A stretch of DNA of 64,000 nucleotides, from positions 19,098,001 to 19,162,000 of the forward strand of contig NC_058368.1 of assembly GCF_018350175.1 (NCBI RefSeq). The letters run 5' to 3'. The stretch comes from Felis catus (taxonomy: Eukaryota). Under the pieces are notes generated by a model that did no database searches, was not told where the DNA came from, and worked only from the letters and a program-made list of their open reading frames with translations. Shown here piece after piece: positions 1-13,358 of the stretch (positions are counted from its first letter, which is position 1; the number at the start of each line of letters is the position of its first letter). A program made the translations under genes and the position numbers.

Positions 1-684
1 GCACCAAGAAAGTAATATAAGGAATGAAAAAGGGAGCACTATAGTAGACATTAGAATACACTGATATTTTGAACCAACTGATGCCAGGACATTTGAAAAT
101 TTAGATAAAATAGACATGTGCTTGGAAAAATACACCCTACCAAAATGTGCAGAATAAATACAATTATAAATAATTCTGTATCTAATAAAGAAATTAAACC
201 ACAATTTTACAACTTCCTCACAAAGAAAATGAGGCCAAACCCCCACACGGAGGCCAATGTGGCTTCACCAGAGAATGCCACATTAAAGAAAAAAAATGTC
301 AATTTATACAAACTCACCCAGGGAATTAAAAAAAAAAAAGAGGAAACACAACCCAATTCTGGTTTATGAAGCCAAAATTTGAAAAGAATATTATGAGAAA
401 AGAAAAGCATAGCCAATCATACTTATGGCCTGGATACAAAAATTCTTAAGATTAAATTTTAATTAAAATTAAATATCCACCAATTTATGCAAAATAATAG
501 AGTACAACAAAATTGTGTCTCTTCTAGGAATACAAAGCTGGTCAACCAATGCGATCAATCAGATTAGTAGAATAAGGTAAAACTTATATCATCTTCAGGA
601 CTCAGAAAAACTGTCTGATAAAAATCTACTCATGATAAAAACTTAGCAAATTAAAGGAATTTCTTAATCTGATAAAGAGTATCT

Positions 685-688
<4 letters not shown>

Positions 689-734
<46 letters not shown>
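689..734 (+). repeat. (CA)n microsatellite
   Basis: Perfect CA run. Confidence 0.98.
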
Positions 735-738
<4 letters not shown>

Positions 739-967
739 AAATTCATTGGTGACAGACCTGGCAACTTTTCTGCCAGGAACAGAACAAGGATGAGTGCTAT
801 CACCACTTCTAATTCAACAGAGGATCAAAGATTCTAGCCAGTGCTAGAAAAAAAAAAAAAAAAAATTGAAGAGGAAAAATTACGATTCATTATTTTCACA
901 CGATATAATCATGTACCATAAAATCCAAAAGCATTTACGGATAAATTAGAATAAGAAAGTTTGGTGA

Positions 968-1398
968 AGGAAAGAGCCTAACTGTCCACCAACTGATGAA
1001 TGGATAAAGAAGATGTGGTTCATATATACGATGGGATACTACCTGGCAATGAGAAAGAATGAAATCCTGCCATTTGCAGCAACATGGGTGGAACTGGAGG
1101 GTATTATGCTGAAAGAAATAAGTCAGCCAGAGAAGGACATCATATGTTTTCACTCATATGTGGATCTTGAGAAACTAAACAGAAGACCATGGGAGAAGGG
1201 AAGGGGAAAAAAAATAGTTACAAACCGGGAGAGAGAAAGGCAAACCATAAGAGACTCTTAAAAACAGAGAACTGAGAGTTGATGGGGGATGGGGGAGCGG
1301 GGAAAATGGGTGATGCGCATTGAGGAAGGCACCTGTTGGGATGAGCACTGGGTGTTGTATGTAAGCCAATTTGACAATAAATTATATTCAAAGAAAAA
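968..1398 (+). mobile_element. 5'-truncated young felid L1 3' end
   Basis: L1 3' sequence ending gtaagccaatttgacaataaatt plus A tail. TSD aagaaagtttgg(t/c)ga at 953-967 and 1399-1413. Confidence 0.9.
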
Positions 1399-1569
1399 AA
1401 GAAAGTTTGGCGAGGTTGTTACTTGAAGGTTAATAAGATCAATTGCATTCCAGAGCAACAATAAACATTTAGAAAATAAAAATTTTTAAGGGATATCATT
1501 TATAATAGTATCAAAGATATCTAGAAATAAGTCTAACCAAAAATATACAAGCTTTCTTTAAAAAAAAAA

Positions 1570-1675
1570 CTTTATTTAGTTTTTAGTAATCTCTGCACCC
1601 AACGTGAGGCTCAAACTCACAACCCTAAGATCGAGAATTCCTTGCTCTTTTGACTGAGCCCGCCAGGTCCCCTCC
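1570..1675 (-). mobile_element. Short old Can-SINE without CT tract
   Basis: Reverse tRNA-derived head (tgactgagcccgccagg). Flanking aatatacaag repeat. Confidence 0.8.
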
Positions 1676-4600
1676 CCCAAATATACAAGGTGTTTGTACA
1701 GAAAATGAAAAAGCATTATGAAGACAGATTGAAGAAGTCCTAATTAAATGAGGAGAAATTCCATTCATGGGTTGGAAGATTCGGTATTGTAAAGATTTCA
1801 ATTCCTTTTTATCTACAGATTCAACATAATTTCAAACAAAATAACATCAGGGTGTGTATGTAACTTAACTAGATGATTTAAAAATTTATGTGGAAATACA
1901 GATGGCCTAAAAAACCCCAAACAGTTGTGAGAAAGGACAAGATGGGTGGACTCCTTTGACTGGAAATCAGGACTTAGTAGAAAACTATGATAAGTAGGAT
2001 GGTTGTGTGACAGGCACACGGATAGATGAAAATCAATGAACAGAACAGAAACTACAGAAACTGAACCATGACCCTCAGAGCAGTAAAGAAATAAGTCTTT
2101 CCAATCAGTGTGCCAAAACAGCCATAGGGAAAGGATGAAACTTGACCCCTGTCTTATACCACACATAAAAATCAATTCCAAATAGAATAAACTGTCTATA
2201 AGATATCATAGGAGAATGTCTTTTTTTAAACTGAGGGAAAGATTTCTTAATCAGGACACAAAACCACTAACCTTATAAAGAGGAAGAATGATATAGACTA
2301 TGTTAGAACAAAGAATGTCTGTTAACCGAAGGATACTCCTAAGATACAGAAAAGTCAAAATACAGAGTGGAAAATGATTCTTGCAATACATAAAACAAAT
2401 AACAGGGTTGAAATCTGGAATACATAAAGAACTCCTAAAGTCAATTGGAAAAAAACAGAAATTCAGGAGAAAAGTGGGTCAGGAGAAAAAAAAGGGCAAG
2501 GATATTAGAGTTACTTTATAACAAAGGATATTCAAGTGCCTATAAGCCTGCGAAAACTTTCTTAATTTGGTTAGTAATAAAAGAAATGCAAATTAAACCC
2601 ATAATGAGATTCAACTACACACCAGTCAGTGGCTAAAAATAGTAAGACTAAGATTCTAATTGTTGGGTAAAGAGATGGAACATGGAACCTTCATACACTG
2701 CCAGTGGAGTAGAAATTGGTACAACTGTTTTTGGACATCAGCTATTTAAGTCTGTGATTCGTTACCCTAAATACAAAACTTACAGTCCAAGTTACATAAT
2801 CAACAGAAATGGGGGTACATGCGCAACAAGGAACATACATTTATAATGGCAACATCATCCATAATAGTAAAAAGTGGAAATGATCCAAATGTAACATGAA
2901 AAACCAGCTTCCATTTGCAGGAGCAGTATGTCTAGGAATGAATTTAACAAAGATATACAAGGCCATAATGTAACATTGTGTGTCTACTAAAAAAATATTC
3001 AAGACCACCATGAAGTAGAAATTATTATTGAAAAACAACCAAACACTTCCGAGAAAGATGGCTGAGTAGAAAGATCCTAGGCTCAATTTGTCCCATAGAT
3101 ACACCTAGATAACACCCACAACAGTGTAAGTAAACCAGAAAATGACCTGAAGACTGGCAGAACAGTCTCTCCACAGCCAAATGTAGAGAAGAGGCCACAT
3201 CGAAGAGGGTAGGAAGGGCAGAGAAGTGATTGGGAGCCAAAACCCTCAGGACTGTCTGTAGGAGGGAAGGACACCAGTGGCATGGAGAGGGGAGAAGGGC
3301 AGATCCCCCACCAGGCACCCCAGGCACGGGAGGCCTGCACTGGGAAAACGAATCTCCCTAACATTTGGCTTTGAAAACCAGAGGAGCCTAACTTCACTAG
3401 CTCTTACAATCAGTGTGGCTTAACAGCTAGAACTTTAAAAGCCAACTGGATAGGCTCAGGGAAATCTTGAGGGCTGTAGGAAACTGAGTCCCCTTCCTTA
3501 AAGGGACAGCACAACAAACAGCTCAGCTGAGATACAGAGTAGAAACAGTAGTTTGAAAAACGGATGTGTGGGAGGGAGATTTGTTTACTCATCTCAGAGC
3601 CTATGCTGGAGTGGGGAGGGATCTTCAGTAGACTTTTCCAAGAACAAAAGAGCTTGACAGGTACTGCTTCCCTCCCCAGCCCCCCAGCCTAGATACACAT
3701 CTGGGGAATCAGTGTAGCAGGAACACTTTCCACTCTGCTTTTGCTAACGGTGCACCTCACCCCAGGCTCTTCTGCAGACCCACCGGAAGGAGGTTTCAGG
3801 GGGCTGCAGGTCCCCTCCAGCAGAGAGCTAGCATGGGCCTTGCTGGCACCACACGCTCCACCCTGCTTCTTCTGTGGGCCCACCTCATCCAACACGCCCT
3901 TGTTGGATGTCCATCCAACGTGGTGCCAGTGTACAAGCAGCCCTGACAGGGCCAGCACCACTCCAGAGGGACTCCTGCCCAGGGAGAGGGAAAGAAAACC
4001 ACACACACACAGTTTGACTGTGGCCCCCAGCAGTGGGCTGGGGGCAGATATTGGGTCTGACTTTTAGTACCGCCCACCAATAAAAGCTTCTCCAGGGACA
4101 ATACAGAGAAAGTGCCCTGCAGTTTGGTGCTACTGCATCTCTGGCAAATGCCTGGTCTGACTGAACTCAAGCCCAAGAAGGCTCCAGACTGGCCCACTAA
4201 CACCACAGGAAATGCTGCCCACAATAGGCAAAGAGAGAGCCATTGTAGATAACTGGACTGAAGGCAAATTGGCCAAGACACGACAGTAGGGCACACGCGA
4301 CACATATAGGAGATACCCCTGAGGTACCAGGTTCTGGTGAATAGGGGACATTGCACTCAGGGCACTACAGGATCTCTTCTTCATAGGGCCACTACTTTCA
4401 AAAGTAGGGGACATAACTGACTTTCCTAGCACAGGAACAGACTAGACAGACAAAAAGAGGAGACAAAATAATATGTTGCAAATGAAAAAAATGGGACAAA
4501 ATCACAGCAAGCGAGCTAGATGAAACAGAGGGAATATGCATAATAGAAAAATTAAATGGTCATAAAGACACTAGATTTGAGAAAAGAGTGGAGGACCTCA

Positions 4601-5030
4601 GTGAGACCCTCAGTAAGGAGACAGAAAACATAAAAAAGAACCGGGCAGAGATGAAGAACTCAATAACTGACATCAAAAGTACACTACAGGGAATAAGCAG
4701 CACACTGAAGGAAGCAGAAGAATGGATCAGTGACCTGGAGGACAGAGTAATGGAAACCAACCAAGCTGAACAGGATAAAGAAAAAAGACTAATAAAAAAT
4801 GAGAATATATTAAGGGAAATCAATGATACCATCAAGCATAATAATACTCACATTGTAGGGATCCTAGAAGGAGGAGAGAGAGACAAGGGGGCAGAAAATG
4901 TATTTGAAGAAGTAATAGCTGAAACTTCCCAAATCTTGGAAAGGACACAGATATCCAGATCCAGAAGGCACAGAGAGTCCCCAACAAAATCAACCCAAGG
5001 AGGTCCACACCAAGACACATAGTAATTAAA

Positions 5031-5470
5031 GTGGCTCAGTTGGTTAAGCATCCGACTTCAGCTCAGATCATGATCTCCTGGTCAGTGCGTTCAAGCCCCA
5101 CATTGGGCTCTGGGCTGACAGCTTAGAGCCTGGAGCCCGCCTCAGATTCTGTGTTCTCCCTCTCTCTCTGCCCCTCCCCCACTCATGCTCTGTCTCTTTC
5201 TGTCTCTGAAAAATGAATAAACATTCAAAAAAAAAAAAAAAGAAAGCAAAAGAGGGGCACTTGGGTAGCTCAGTCAGTTAAGCATCTGACTCTTGATCTC
5301 AGCTCAGGTCATGATCTCACTGTTCATGAGTTTGAGCCCCGTATCGAGCTTTCTGCTGACAGCATGGAGCCTGCTTGAGATTCTCTCCCTCTCCTTCTCT
5401 CTCTATTCCTCCCCAATGTGTTCTCTCTCTCTCTCAAAATAAATAAACTTTAAAAAATAAAAAATAAATA
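5031..5470 (+). mobile_element. Two tandem Can-SINEs (5031-5240, 5254-5470)
   Basis: tRNA head, CT tract and A tail, twice. Confidence 0.93.
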
Positions 5471-5556
5471 AAAGTTTGCTGCTTTTATTCAGCTGATTTT
5501 TCAGCAGAAACTTTGCAGGCCAGAAGGGAGTGGCTCGATATATTCAAAGTGCTGGT

Positions 5557-5785
5557 GGGGCGCCTGGGTGGCGCAGTTGGTTAAGCGTCCGACCTCAGCC
5601 AGGTCACGATCTCGCGGTCCGTGAGTTTGAGCCCTGCGTCGGGCTCTGGGCTGATGGCTCAGAGCCTGGAGCCTGTTTCCGATTCTGTGTCTCCCTCTCT
5701 CTCTGCCCCTCCCCCGTTCATGCTCTGTCTCTCTCTGTCCCAAAAATAAATAAACGTTGAAAAAAAAAATTAAAAAAAAAAAAAC
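5557..5785 (+). mobile_element. Young SINEC_Fc-type SINE
   Basis: CpG-rich. Perfect TSD caaagtgctgg at 5545-5555 and 5786-5796. Confidence 0.96.
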
Positions 5786-8700
5786 CAAAGTGCTGGAAAA
5801 GAAAAACCCACAGCCAAGAATACTCTATCCAGCAAGGCTATCATTCAGAATAGAAGGAGAGAGAGTTTCCCAGACAAGTAGAAGATAAAGGAGTTTATAA
5901 CCAGCAAACCATCCCTACAAGAAATGCTGAAGGGGACTTTCTGAGTGGAAAGGAAAGACCATAAGCAGGAGTAAGAAAAGTCGGAAGCACAAAAGCAGTG
6001 AAATTAAGTGTGTCTATAAAAATCACTCAAAGGATTCACAACATAAAAGAATGTAGAGTATGGCACAGTGTACCTAAAACATGGGAGGGGGAGAAGAGCA
6101 CACATTTAGTGGTATTAGAATGACAAACTTAAGTGACCATAAACTTAACATAGATGGCTCTATACATAAAATGTTATGTATAAACCTAATGGTAGCCACA
6201 AATAAAAAACCAGTAACAGGTATGCAAAAAATAAAGAGAAAGGAATCCAAGTATGCCACTAAAGAAAGCAAACTAACTGTGTGAGAAGAGAGCAAGAGAA
6301 GAAAGGAACAGAGAAGAACTACAAAAACAACAACAACAAACAAGTAACAAAATGGCAGTAAGTACATACCTGTCAATAATTACTTTGAATTTAAATGGAC
6401 TAAATGCTCCAATAAAAAGACATGGGTTGACAAAATAGATAAAAAGCAAGACCCATCTGTATTCTGCTTATAAGAGATTTATGTCAGAACTAAAAATATG
6501 TGGAAATAAGGTTGATGGAAAAGAACGTTTCTAAAAAATTAAATAAAAAAGAATGAAAAACACATGCAGATTGAAAGTGAAAGGATGAAGGCAAATGGAA
6601 GTGAAAAGAAAGCCGGGGTAGCAATACTCACATTGGACAAAATAGATTTTAAAAACAAACACTATAACAAGAGACAAATAAGGGCACTATATCATCATAA
6701 AGGGAACAATCCAACAAGAAGATATAATAATTGTAAATATTTATACACCCAGCATGGAAGCACCCAAATACATAAAGCAGTTAATAACAAACAAAGAAAG
6801 TAATCTATAGTAATACAATAACAGTAGGGGACTTTACCATGCCACTTACACTGATGGACATATGATCCAAACAGAAGATCAGGAAGGGATGGATGGCTTT
6901 GGACACATTGAACCTACCATATATTCAGAATGTTCCACCCTCAAACAGTGGAATACGCATTCTTTTCAGGTGCACATGGAACATTTTCCAGGATAGATCA
7001 TATATTAGGCCACAAAACAATCTCAATAAATTCAAAAAGACTGATGTTGTAGCATCCATCTTTTCTGACCAACACACTATGAAACTAGAATCAACCACAA
7101 GAAGGAATCTGTAAAGAGCACAAATACATGGAGGTTAAATAACATACTATTAAACCATAAATGGGTCAACCAAAAATCAAAGAGGAAATCAAGAAATGCA
7201 TGGAGACAAATGAAAATAAAAACGCAATGGTCCAAAATCTTTGGGTTGCAGCAAAAGCTGTCCTAAGAGGGAAGTGTATAGCAATAGAGGTCTACCTGAA
7301 GAAGCAAGAAAAATCTCAAATGAATAACCTAAACTTCCACCTAAAGGACCTAGAAAAAGAAGAGCAACCAAAACCCCAAACAAGTAGAAGGAAGGAAATA
7401 ATAAATATTAGAGCAGAAATAAACAAAATAGGAACTAAAAAACAATAGAACAGATCAATGAAACTAGGACCTGTTTATTTGAAAAACATCAACAAAATTG
7501 ATAAACCTTTAGCCAGACTCATCAAAGAGAGACAGACAGACAGAAAAAGAGAGAGAGAGAACTCAAATAAATCACAAATGAAAGAGGAGAAATAATCACC
7601 AATACTCGAGAAATACAAAGGGTTATAAGAGATTATGAAAAATTGTATGTGAACAAATTGGACAACTTAGATGAAATGCATAAATTCTTAGAAATATATA
7701 ACTTCCCAAACCTGAATCAGGAAGAAACACAATATGTTTACCTGATTACCAGTAATGAAGTTGAATCAGTATCCAAAAACTTCCAACAAAGTCCAGGACC
7801 AGAAGGCACCACAGGTGAATTCTATTAAACATTTAAAGAAGAGCATGCCTATTCTTCTCAAACTATTCCAAAAATAAGAAGAGGAAGGAAATTAGGAAAT
7901 TTATTTATTCTATGAGGCCAATATTACCCTGATACCAAAACCAGACAAAGGTGCTACAAAAAAAAAAAAAAAAGATAACTATGGGCTAATATCTCTGATG
8001 AACATAGATGCAAAAATCCTCAACAACATGTTAGCAAACTGAATCCAATACATCAAAAAAATCATTCACTATGATCAAGTGGAATTTATACTTGGGATGC
8101 AAGTGTGGATCGATATTCACAAATCAACTGACATGATACATCACATCAATAAAGAAAAGATAAAAACCATATGATCATTTCAACAGATGTAGAAAAAACA
8201 TTTGACCAAGTACAATATCCACGCATGATAAAAACCCTCAACAAAGTAGGTTTAGAGGGAACATACCTCAACATATTAAAGGCCATATATGAAAAACACA
8301 TAGCTAACATACACAATGGTAAAAAACTGAGAGCTTTTCCCCTAAGGTCAGGAATAAGACAAGCATGTCTACTCATTACTCTTATTCAACATAGTACTGG
8401 AAGTCCTAGCTACAGCAGACAAGAAATAAAAGGCATCCAAACTGGTAAGGAAGAAGTAAAACTCTTTGCAGGTGACATGATACTATATATAGAAAACCCT
8501 AAAGACTTCACCAAAGAACTACTAGAACTGATAAATTCAGTAAGATTGCAGGATACAAAATCAACATACAGAAATTCATTGCATTTCTATACATTACTAA
8601 TGAAGTAGCAGAAAGAGAGATTAAGAAGAGAGTGCCATTTATAATTGTACTAGAAATAATAATATACCTTGAAATAAACTTAATCAAGGAGGGGAAAGAC

Positions 8701-10830
8701 CTGTACTCAGAAAACTATAAAACACTGATGAAAGAAATTGAAGACGACACAAACAAATGTAAAGGCAGCCCATGCTCATGAATTGAAGACTAAATATTGT
8801 TAAAATGTCCGTATTACCCAAAAGCAATTCATAGATTAAATGTAATCCCTGTCAACATATATACCATTTTTCACACAACTAGGAAAAAACAGTTCTAAAA
8901 TTTGTATGAAACCACAAAAGACCCCTAAATAGCCTAAGCAATCTTGAAAAAGAATGTATCACAATCCTAGATTTCAAGATATACTGCAAAGGTGTAGTAA
9001 TCAAACAGTATGGTACTGGCACAAAAGGACAAACATAGACCAATAGAACAGAATAGAGGGCCCAGAAACTCACAGATATAGGGCCAATTAATCTAGGATG
9101 AAGGAAACAAGAATGTGCAATGGGAAAAAGTGTTTTCAATAGATGGTTTTGGGAAAACTGGACAGATATGTGTGAAAGAATGAAACTGGACCATTTTCTT
9201 ATACCATACACAAAAATAAACTAAAAATGAATTAAAGATCCAAATGTGAGACCTGAAACCATGAAACTGCTTGAAGCAAACATTGGCAGAAAGCTCTTTG
9301 ACATCAGCCATAGCAACATCTTCCTAGATATGTGTCCTCAAGCAAGGGAAACAAAAACAAAAATAAACCTTTGGGACTACACCAAAATAAACTTTTGCAC
9401 AACGAAGGAAACCATCAACAAGATGAAAAGCCAACCCACTGAATGGGAGAAGATATTTGCAAATGTCACATCTGATAAGGTGTTAATATCCAAAATATGT
9501 AAATAACTTACACAACTCAATACCAACCACCCCCCCCCCCAAATAATTTGATTTAAAAAGAGGCAGAGAATCTGAATAAACACTTTTCCAAAGACATACA
9601 GATGGCCAACAGACACATGGGAAGATGTTCTATATCACTAATCCTCAGGTTAATGCAAATCAAAATCATAATTAGATATAACCTTACACTTATCAAAATG
9701 GCTAGAATTAAAAAGAAATAACAAGTGTTGGTGAGGATGTGGAGAAAAGGGAAACTTTGTGCACTGTTGGTGAGAATGTAAATTGGTGTAGCCACCACAG
9801 AAAACAGTATGGAGGTTCCTCAAAACAGAATTCCTTAAAATTCCTTAGGTTCCTTAAAAAGAGAACTGGCATATGATCCAGTAATTTTGCTACTTGGTAT
9901 TTACCCAAAGAACACAAAAACACTAATTCAAAAAGATGTATTCACACCCCTGGTCACTGAAGCATTATTTGCAATAGCCAAGGTATGGAAGCAATCTAAG
10001 TGCCCATAAATAGATGAATAGATAAATAAGAGGTGGTATATATACACAATGGAATAGTACTTGGCCATAAAAAGGATGAGGTCATACCATTTGTGACAAC
10101 ATGGAGGGACCTAGAGGGTGTTCTGCTGAGTGGGATAAATCAGGGGAAGACAAACACCTATTATTTCAGTTAAATGTGGACTGTAAAAAACAAAAAGCAG
10201 AAACAGACCTATAAATACAAAAAACAAAGTGGTCATTGCCAAAGGGAAGGGAGTGAGGCTTTGGGTAAAATGGATGAAGGGGAGTGGGAGTTACAGACTT
10301 CCAGTTATGGAATGAGTAAGTCAAGGGGATGAAAGCTACAGCACAGGGAATACAGTCAATTGCATCGTAAAGCAATGTCAAAGGTATCATGAAAGCATTG
10401 CATAGCGATGGACCAGTAGCTACACTTGTTGGGAGTATAGCATCATGTATGGACTTGTCGAATTAGTATGTTGTACACCTGAAACTACTGTAACATATTG
10501 TATCAACTATACTTTAATAAAAACTTTTTTTAAATAAAAAATTACAGTTGTGTGGTATAAAAAACTCAGAAACAGTCCCAAACTTCTATCAAAACTTGGT
10601 ACATGACTAAGAAGGGGATATAAGTCAATGAGGGAATAAATGAGCCTGCTATATATGGGGTTAGGACAACTGTCTGTCCATATGAACAAAAACACCTCCC
10701 TCCCCAAATCTCAATTAGATTAGAGGCCTAAGTGTAAAAAATAAAACTTTAATATTTTATAAGTAATAGAATACCTTCACTAACTCAGTGTACAGCCTGG
10801 ATTTCTTAAACATGACAAAAAGCACAAACC

Positions 10831-10898
10831 ACACACACACACACACACACCCCACACAAAACATAACCACATACACACACACACACAAACACACACAC
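10831..10898 (+). repeat. Interrupted (CA)n microsatellite
   Basis: CA runs with interruptions. Confidence 0.9.
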
Positions 10899-11075
10899 TG
10901 ATAAATTTCACTACATGCAAAATTATAAATATTTATTTTTTTAATTGTATTTTAAATCCAAGCTAATTAACATAGTGTAGAATGGCTTCTGTGACAAAAT
11001 AAATCATAATCAAGTTAAAAGACACAGTGGGAGGAGATATTTATAATATAAACTACTAATAAAAAACAGCATCCA

Positions 11076-11310
11076 TTTTTTACGGCTGAGTAATATTCCA
11101 TTGCATGTGTATGTATACACACACATACACCCCCCCCCCCCGCCACATCTCCTTTGTCCATTCATCAATAGATGAATATCCATTGATGGACATTTGGCTT
11201 GCTTCTAGATCTTGGCTATTGTACATAATGCTGCAATGTATATAGGGGTGCATAGGTCTTTTCAAACTAGTGTTTTTATTTTAACATTGTGTGTCAACTA
11301 TACTAAAAAA
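11076..11310. mobile_element. Tiny L1 3' insertion with 5' inversion (twin priming)
   Basis: Minus-strand L1 piece 11076-11282, then plus-strand terminal aacattgtgtgtcaactatact plus A tail. TSD agcatcca at 11068-11075 and 11313-11320. Confidence 0.75.
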
Positions 11311-11882
11311 TTAGCATCCACTTTAAAGTAGTCTCATAAATCAATAGTAAAATATTCTGACTATCATGATACTACTGGTAATGTATAGGCACCAACCACC
11401 AAGAAGAGAGCAAAATCAATATGAATGAAAATTTGAAAAAAAGAGGCTACTCTGGTGCCTTCCACCTGAATGCCAGCCCCCAAGCAATCCTAAAGGAAAG
11501 TCAATGAAAGACATGTGAACACAGAACAGTTTTAAGTCCCCTCTCAGAAAAAATTTAAAAATGAAATTTGAAATGAATGTTTATCCTTCAAGCAGGGAAT
11601 TAGCTTTAATTAAAAGAAAACAGAAGTCAGTTGCATGCATGAGAGATAATATTTTAGGTTGAGCTACGCGAAATGACCATTTTTGTAAATAAGAGATGGT
11701 CAAAAACTGGCAATTCCGTATGGTTCCACCTATGGTCTTCATTTCTCTGTGGTATTATAAATTCCATATCCAGAATATTTCAACCTATGGAACGAAAGAC
11801 AGAATCTACCTACTAATTAATGGGCTTGAAATAAGTTTTCAGGTAAGACTAAAACTTGATTCCACTCAATTCTATAAGGCAG

Positions 11883-11937
11883 TTTTATTTTATTTTATTT
11901 TATTTTATTTTATTTTATTTTATTTTATTATTTTTTA
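11883..11937 (+). repeat. (TTTTA)n repeat flanked by the direct repeat taaggcagtttta
   Basis: Pentanucleotide run with TSD-like flanks; probably an isolated retro-tail. Confidence 0.85.
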
Positions 11938-12497
11938 CTTTTTAAGGCAGTTTTAAAGTATTGTGTTTTCCTGGAATACAATAAAAAACTGTTTTGTAGC
12001 CCACCAAAAATGTACTTCTTTGTCAAAAATTATAAAATGTGCTTAGATGATTATTAAAGCCTAAAGCTGAATGAGAGAAAAATCTAACTCGACTTAAATT
12101 GATTGAATTTACAAACACTTTTTTTCCATTTTACCTCACCAAAATCAACTTCTTTGTATCTCTATGCTATAAAAATTCCACTGATTTTTGGTTTCTGAAA
12201 TCGCATCACTGTTGGCTCCTTAACTTTAAAAGGTTTTCACAAAATTTAAGAACAATCTTCAATAAAAGTGTTCTGAGTTTCTAAAATTAAACATGTTTTT
12301 ATTTTCATAGATATTTTGGCAAATCAAAAATGAAGAAACGCAAGCAGTCAGAAACAAGAAAAAAATATGCTCAATCTTCCTTACTTCTGTTATTCCTATT
12401 TTCTTCCCTTCCTTAGTCTTTACTGTCCATCCTCCCTCTTTCCTCTTTCCTTTGCTTCCTTCAGTCTTGAAGCTAACATCAACAAATGTTAATAACT

Positions 12498-12965
12498 GGG
12501 ATGCCTATGGGGCACCTGGGTGGCTCAGTAGGTTAATCCTCCGACTTCGGCTCAGGCCATGATCTCACGGTTCATGGATTCGAGTCCTGCATCGGGCTCT
12601 GGGCTGACGGCTCAGAGCCTGGAGCCTGCTTCGGATTCTGTGTCTCCCTCTCTCTCTGCCCCTCCCCCTTCATGCTCTGTCTCTCTCTCTCCTTCAAAAA
12701 TAAATAAACATCAAAAAAATAAAGTTAAAAAAAATAACTGGGGTGCCTGGGTGGCTCAGTCAATTAAGCATCTGACTTCAGCTCAGGTCATGATCCCACA
12801 GTTCATGAGTTTGAGCCCCCGCATTGGCCTCTGTGCTGACAGCTCAGAGCTTGGAGCCTGCTTCGGATTCTGTGTCTCCCTCTCCCTCTCTCTCTGCCTC
12901 TCCCCCACTCACACTCTGTCTTTCTCTCTCAAAAAATAAATAATAAATATTTTTAAAAAATTATT
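12498..12965 (+). mobile_element. Nested pair of Can-SINEs (12509-12733 inserted in the head of 12740-12965)
   Basis: Inner TSD aataactggg(a/g)tgcct; outer TSD atgttaataact. Confidence 0.9.
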
Positions 12966-13085
12966 AAATATGTTAATAACTATTAATACTAATCAACAGC
13001 AGTATATATCTTGTTCTTGTACTTTAATGTATTAACATTTAGAAAAAGAGAAATTTTAGAAATTTAGAAAAAAGAGAGTTTTTAC

Positions 13086-13174
13086 CTTTGCCTCCCTTAC
13101 AGTGAATTGCTATGATGTTTTCGTCATCTTGAGCCATCCACTCATCTACTTCTTTGGTGAATGCCAACATCTCA
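13086..13174 (-). CDS. TPTE2: TPTE2 exon, catalytic P-loop (HCKGGKG)
   Basis: aatcag|TGAGATG...CAAAG|gtaaaa; 89 nt; [29 protein letters not shown]. Confidence 0.96.
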
Positions 13175-13276
13175 CTGATTTCAAATGCAAAATTTTTAGT
13201 TGAATTAAAATACACCCACAAATCAAGGCCAGGGTATTTAGCTTTCTTTTGACAGCCAACTTGGCATAAAACTTAC

Positions 13277-13358
13277 CTTAGTGTGGGGACATTGTGATCA
13301 TCAATCATGATTCGCCGGACCCTGTAATGGAAGTACTTAGGATCATAGGCTCTTTCAC
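13277..13358 (-). CDS. TPTE2: TPTE2 exon, WPD-like loop (DDHNVP)
   Basis: ttgtag|GTGAAAG...CTAAG|gtaagt; 82 nt; [26 protein letters not shown]. Confidence 0.96.

Larger units (their letters stand above)
1..2890 (+). mobile_element. Ancient fragmented L1 (L1M-type) ORF2 and 3' region, interrupted by younger insertions
   Basis: A-rich degenerate ORF2 blocks, e.g. cattcatgggttggaaga, aaagaaatgcaaattaaa, ctcttccaat-like blocks. Confidence 0.8.
3045..10540 (+). mobile_element. Near-full-length inactive carnivore L1 (5'UTR, ORF1, ORF2, 3'UTR)
   Basis: 5' end cacttccgagaaagatggc. ORF1 fragment 4588-5022; ORF2 EN/RT fragments 6564-9506 (e.g. LFAGDMILYIENPK). 3' tail ttgtacacctgaaact...aataaaa. Many stops and frameshifts; three SINEs in ORF1. 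Confidence 0.95.

Noticed and set aside
5557..5640. tRNA genes
   Set aside because: The tRNA-like heads belong to Can-SINEs; no standalone cloverleaf was seen.
5501..5788. Recurrent GQRETEHERGRGRERGRHR ORFs (also at 15240 and 41122)
   Set aside because: Translations of Can-SINE sequence.
11690..11800. Minus-strand exon-like segment after a ttccatag acceptor, tested as the missing RTGTMVC exon
   Set aside because: No frame matches TPTE2, and all three frames hit stops within about 15 codons.
12134..12280. Minus-strand ttttag ... GAG|gtaaaa exon-like segment
   Set aside because: Stops in all three frames and no similarity to the expected next exon.
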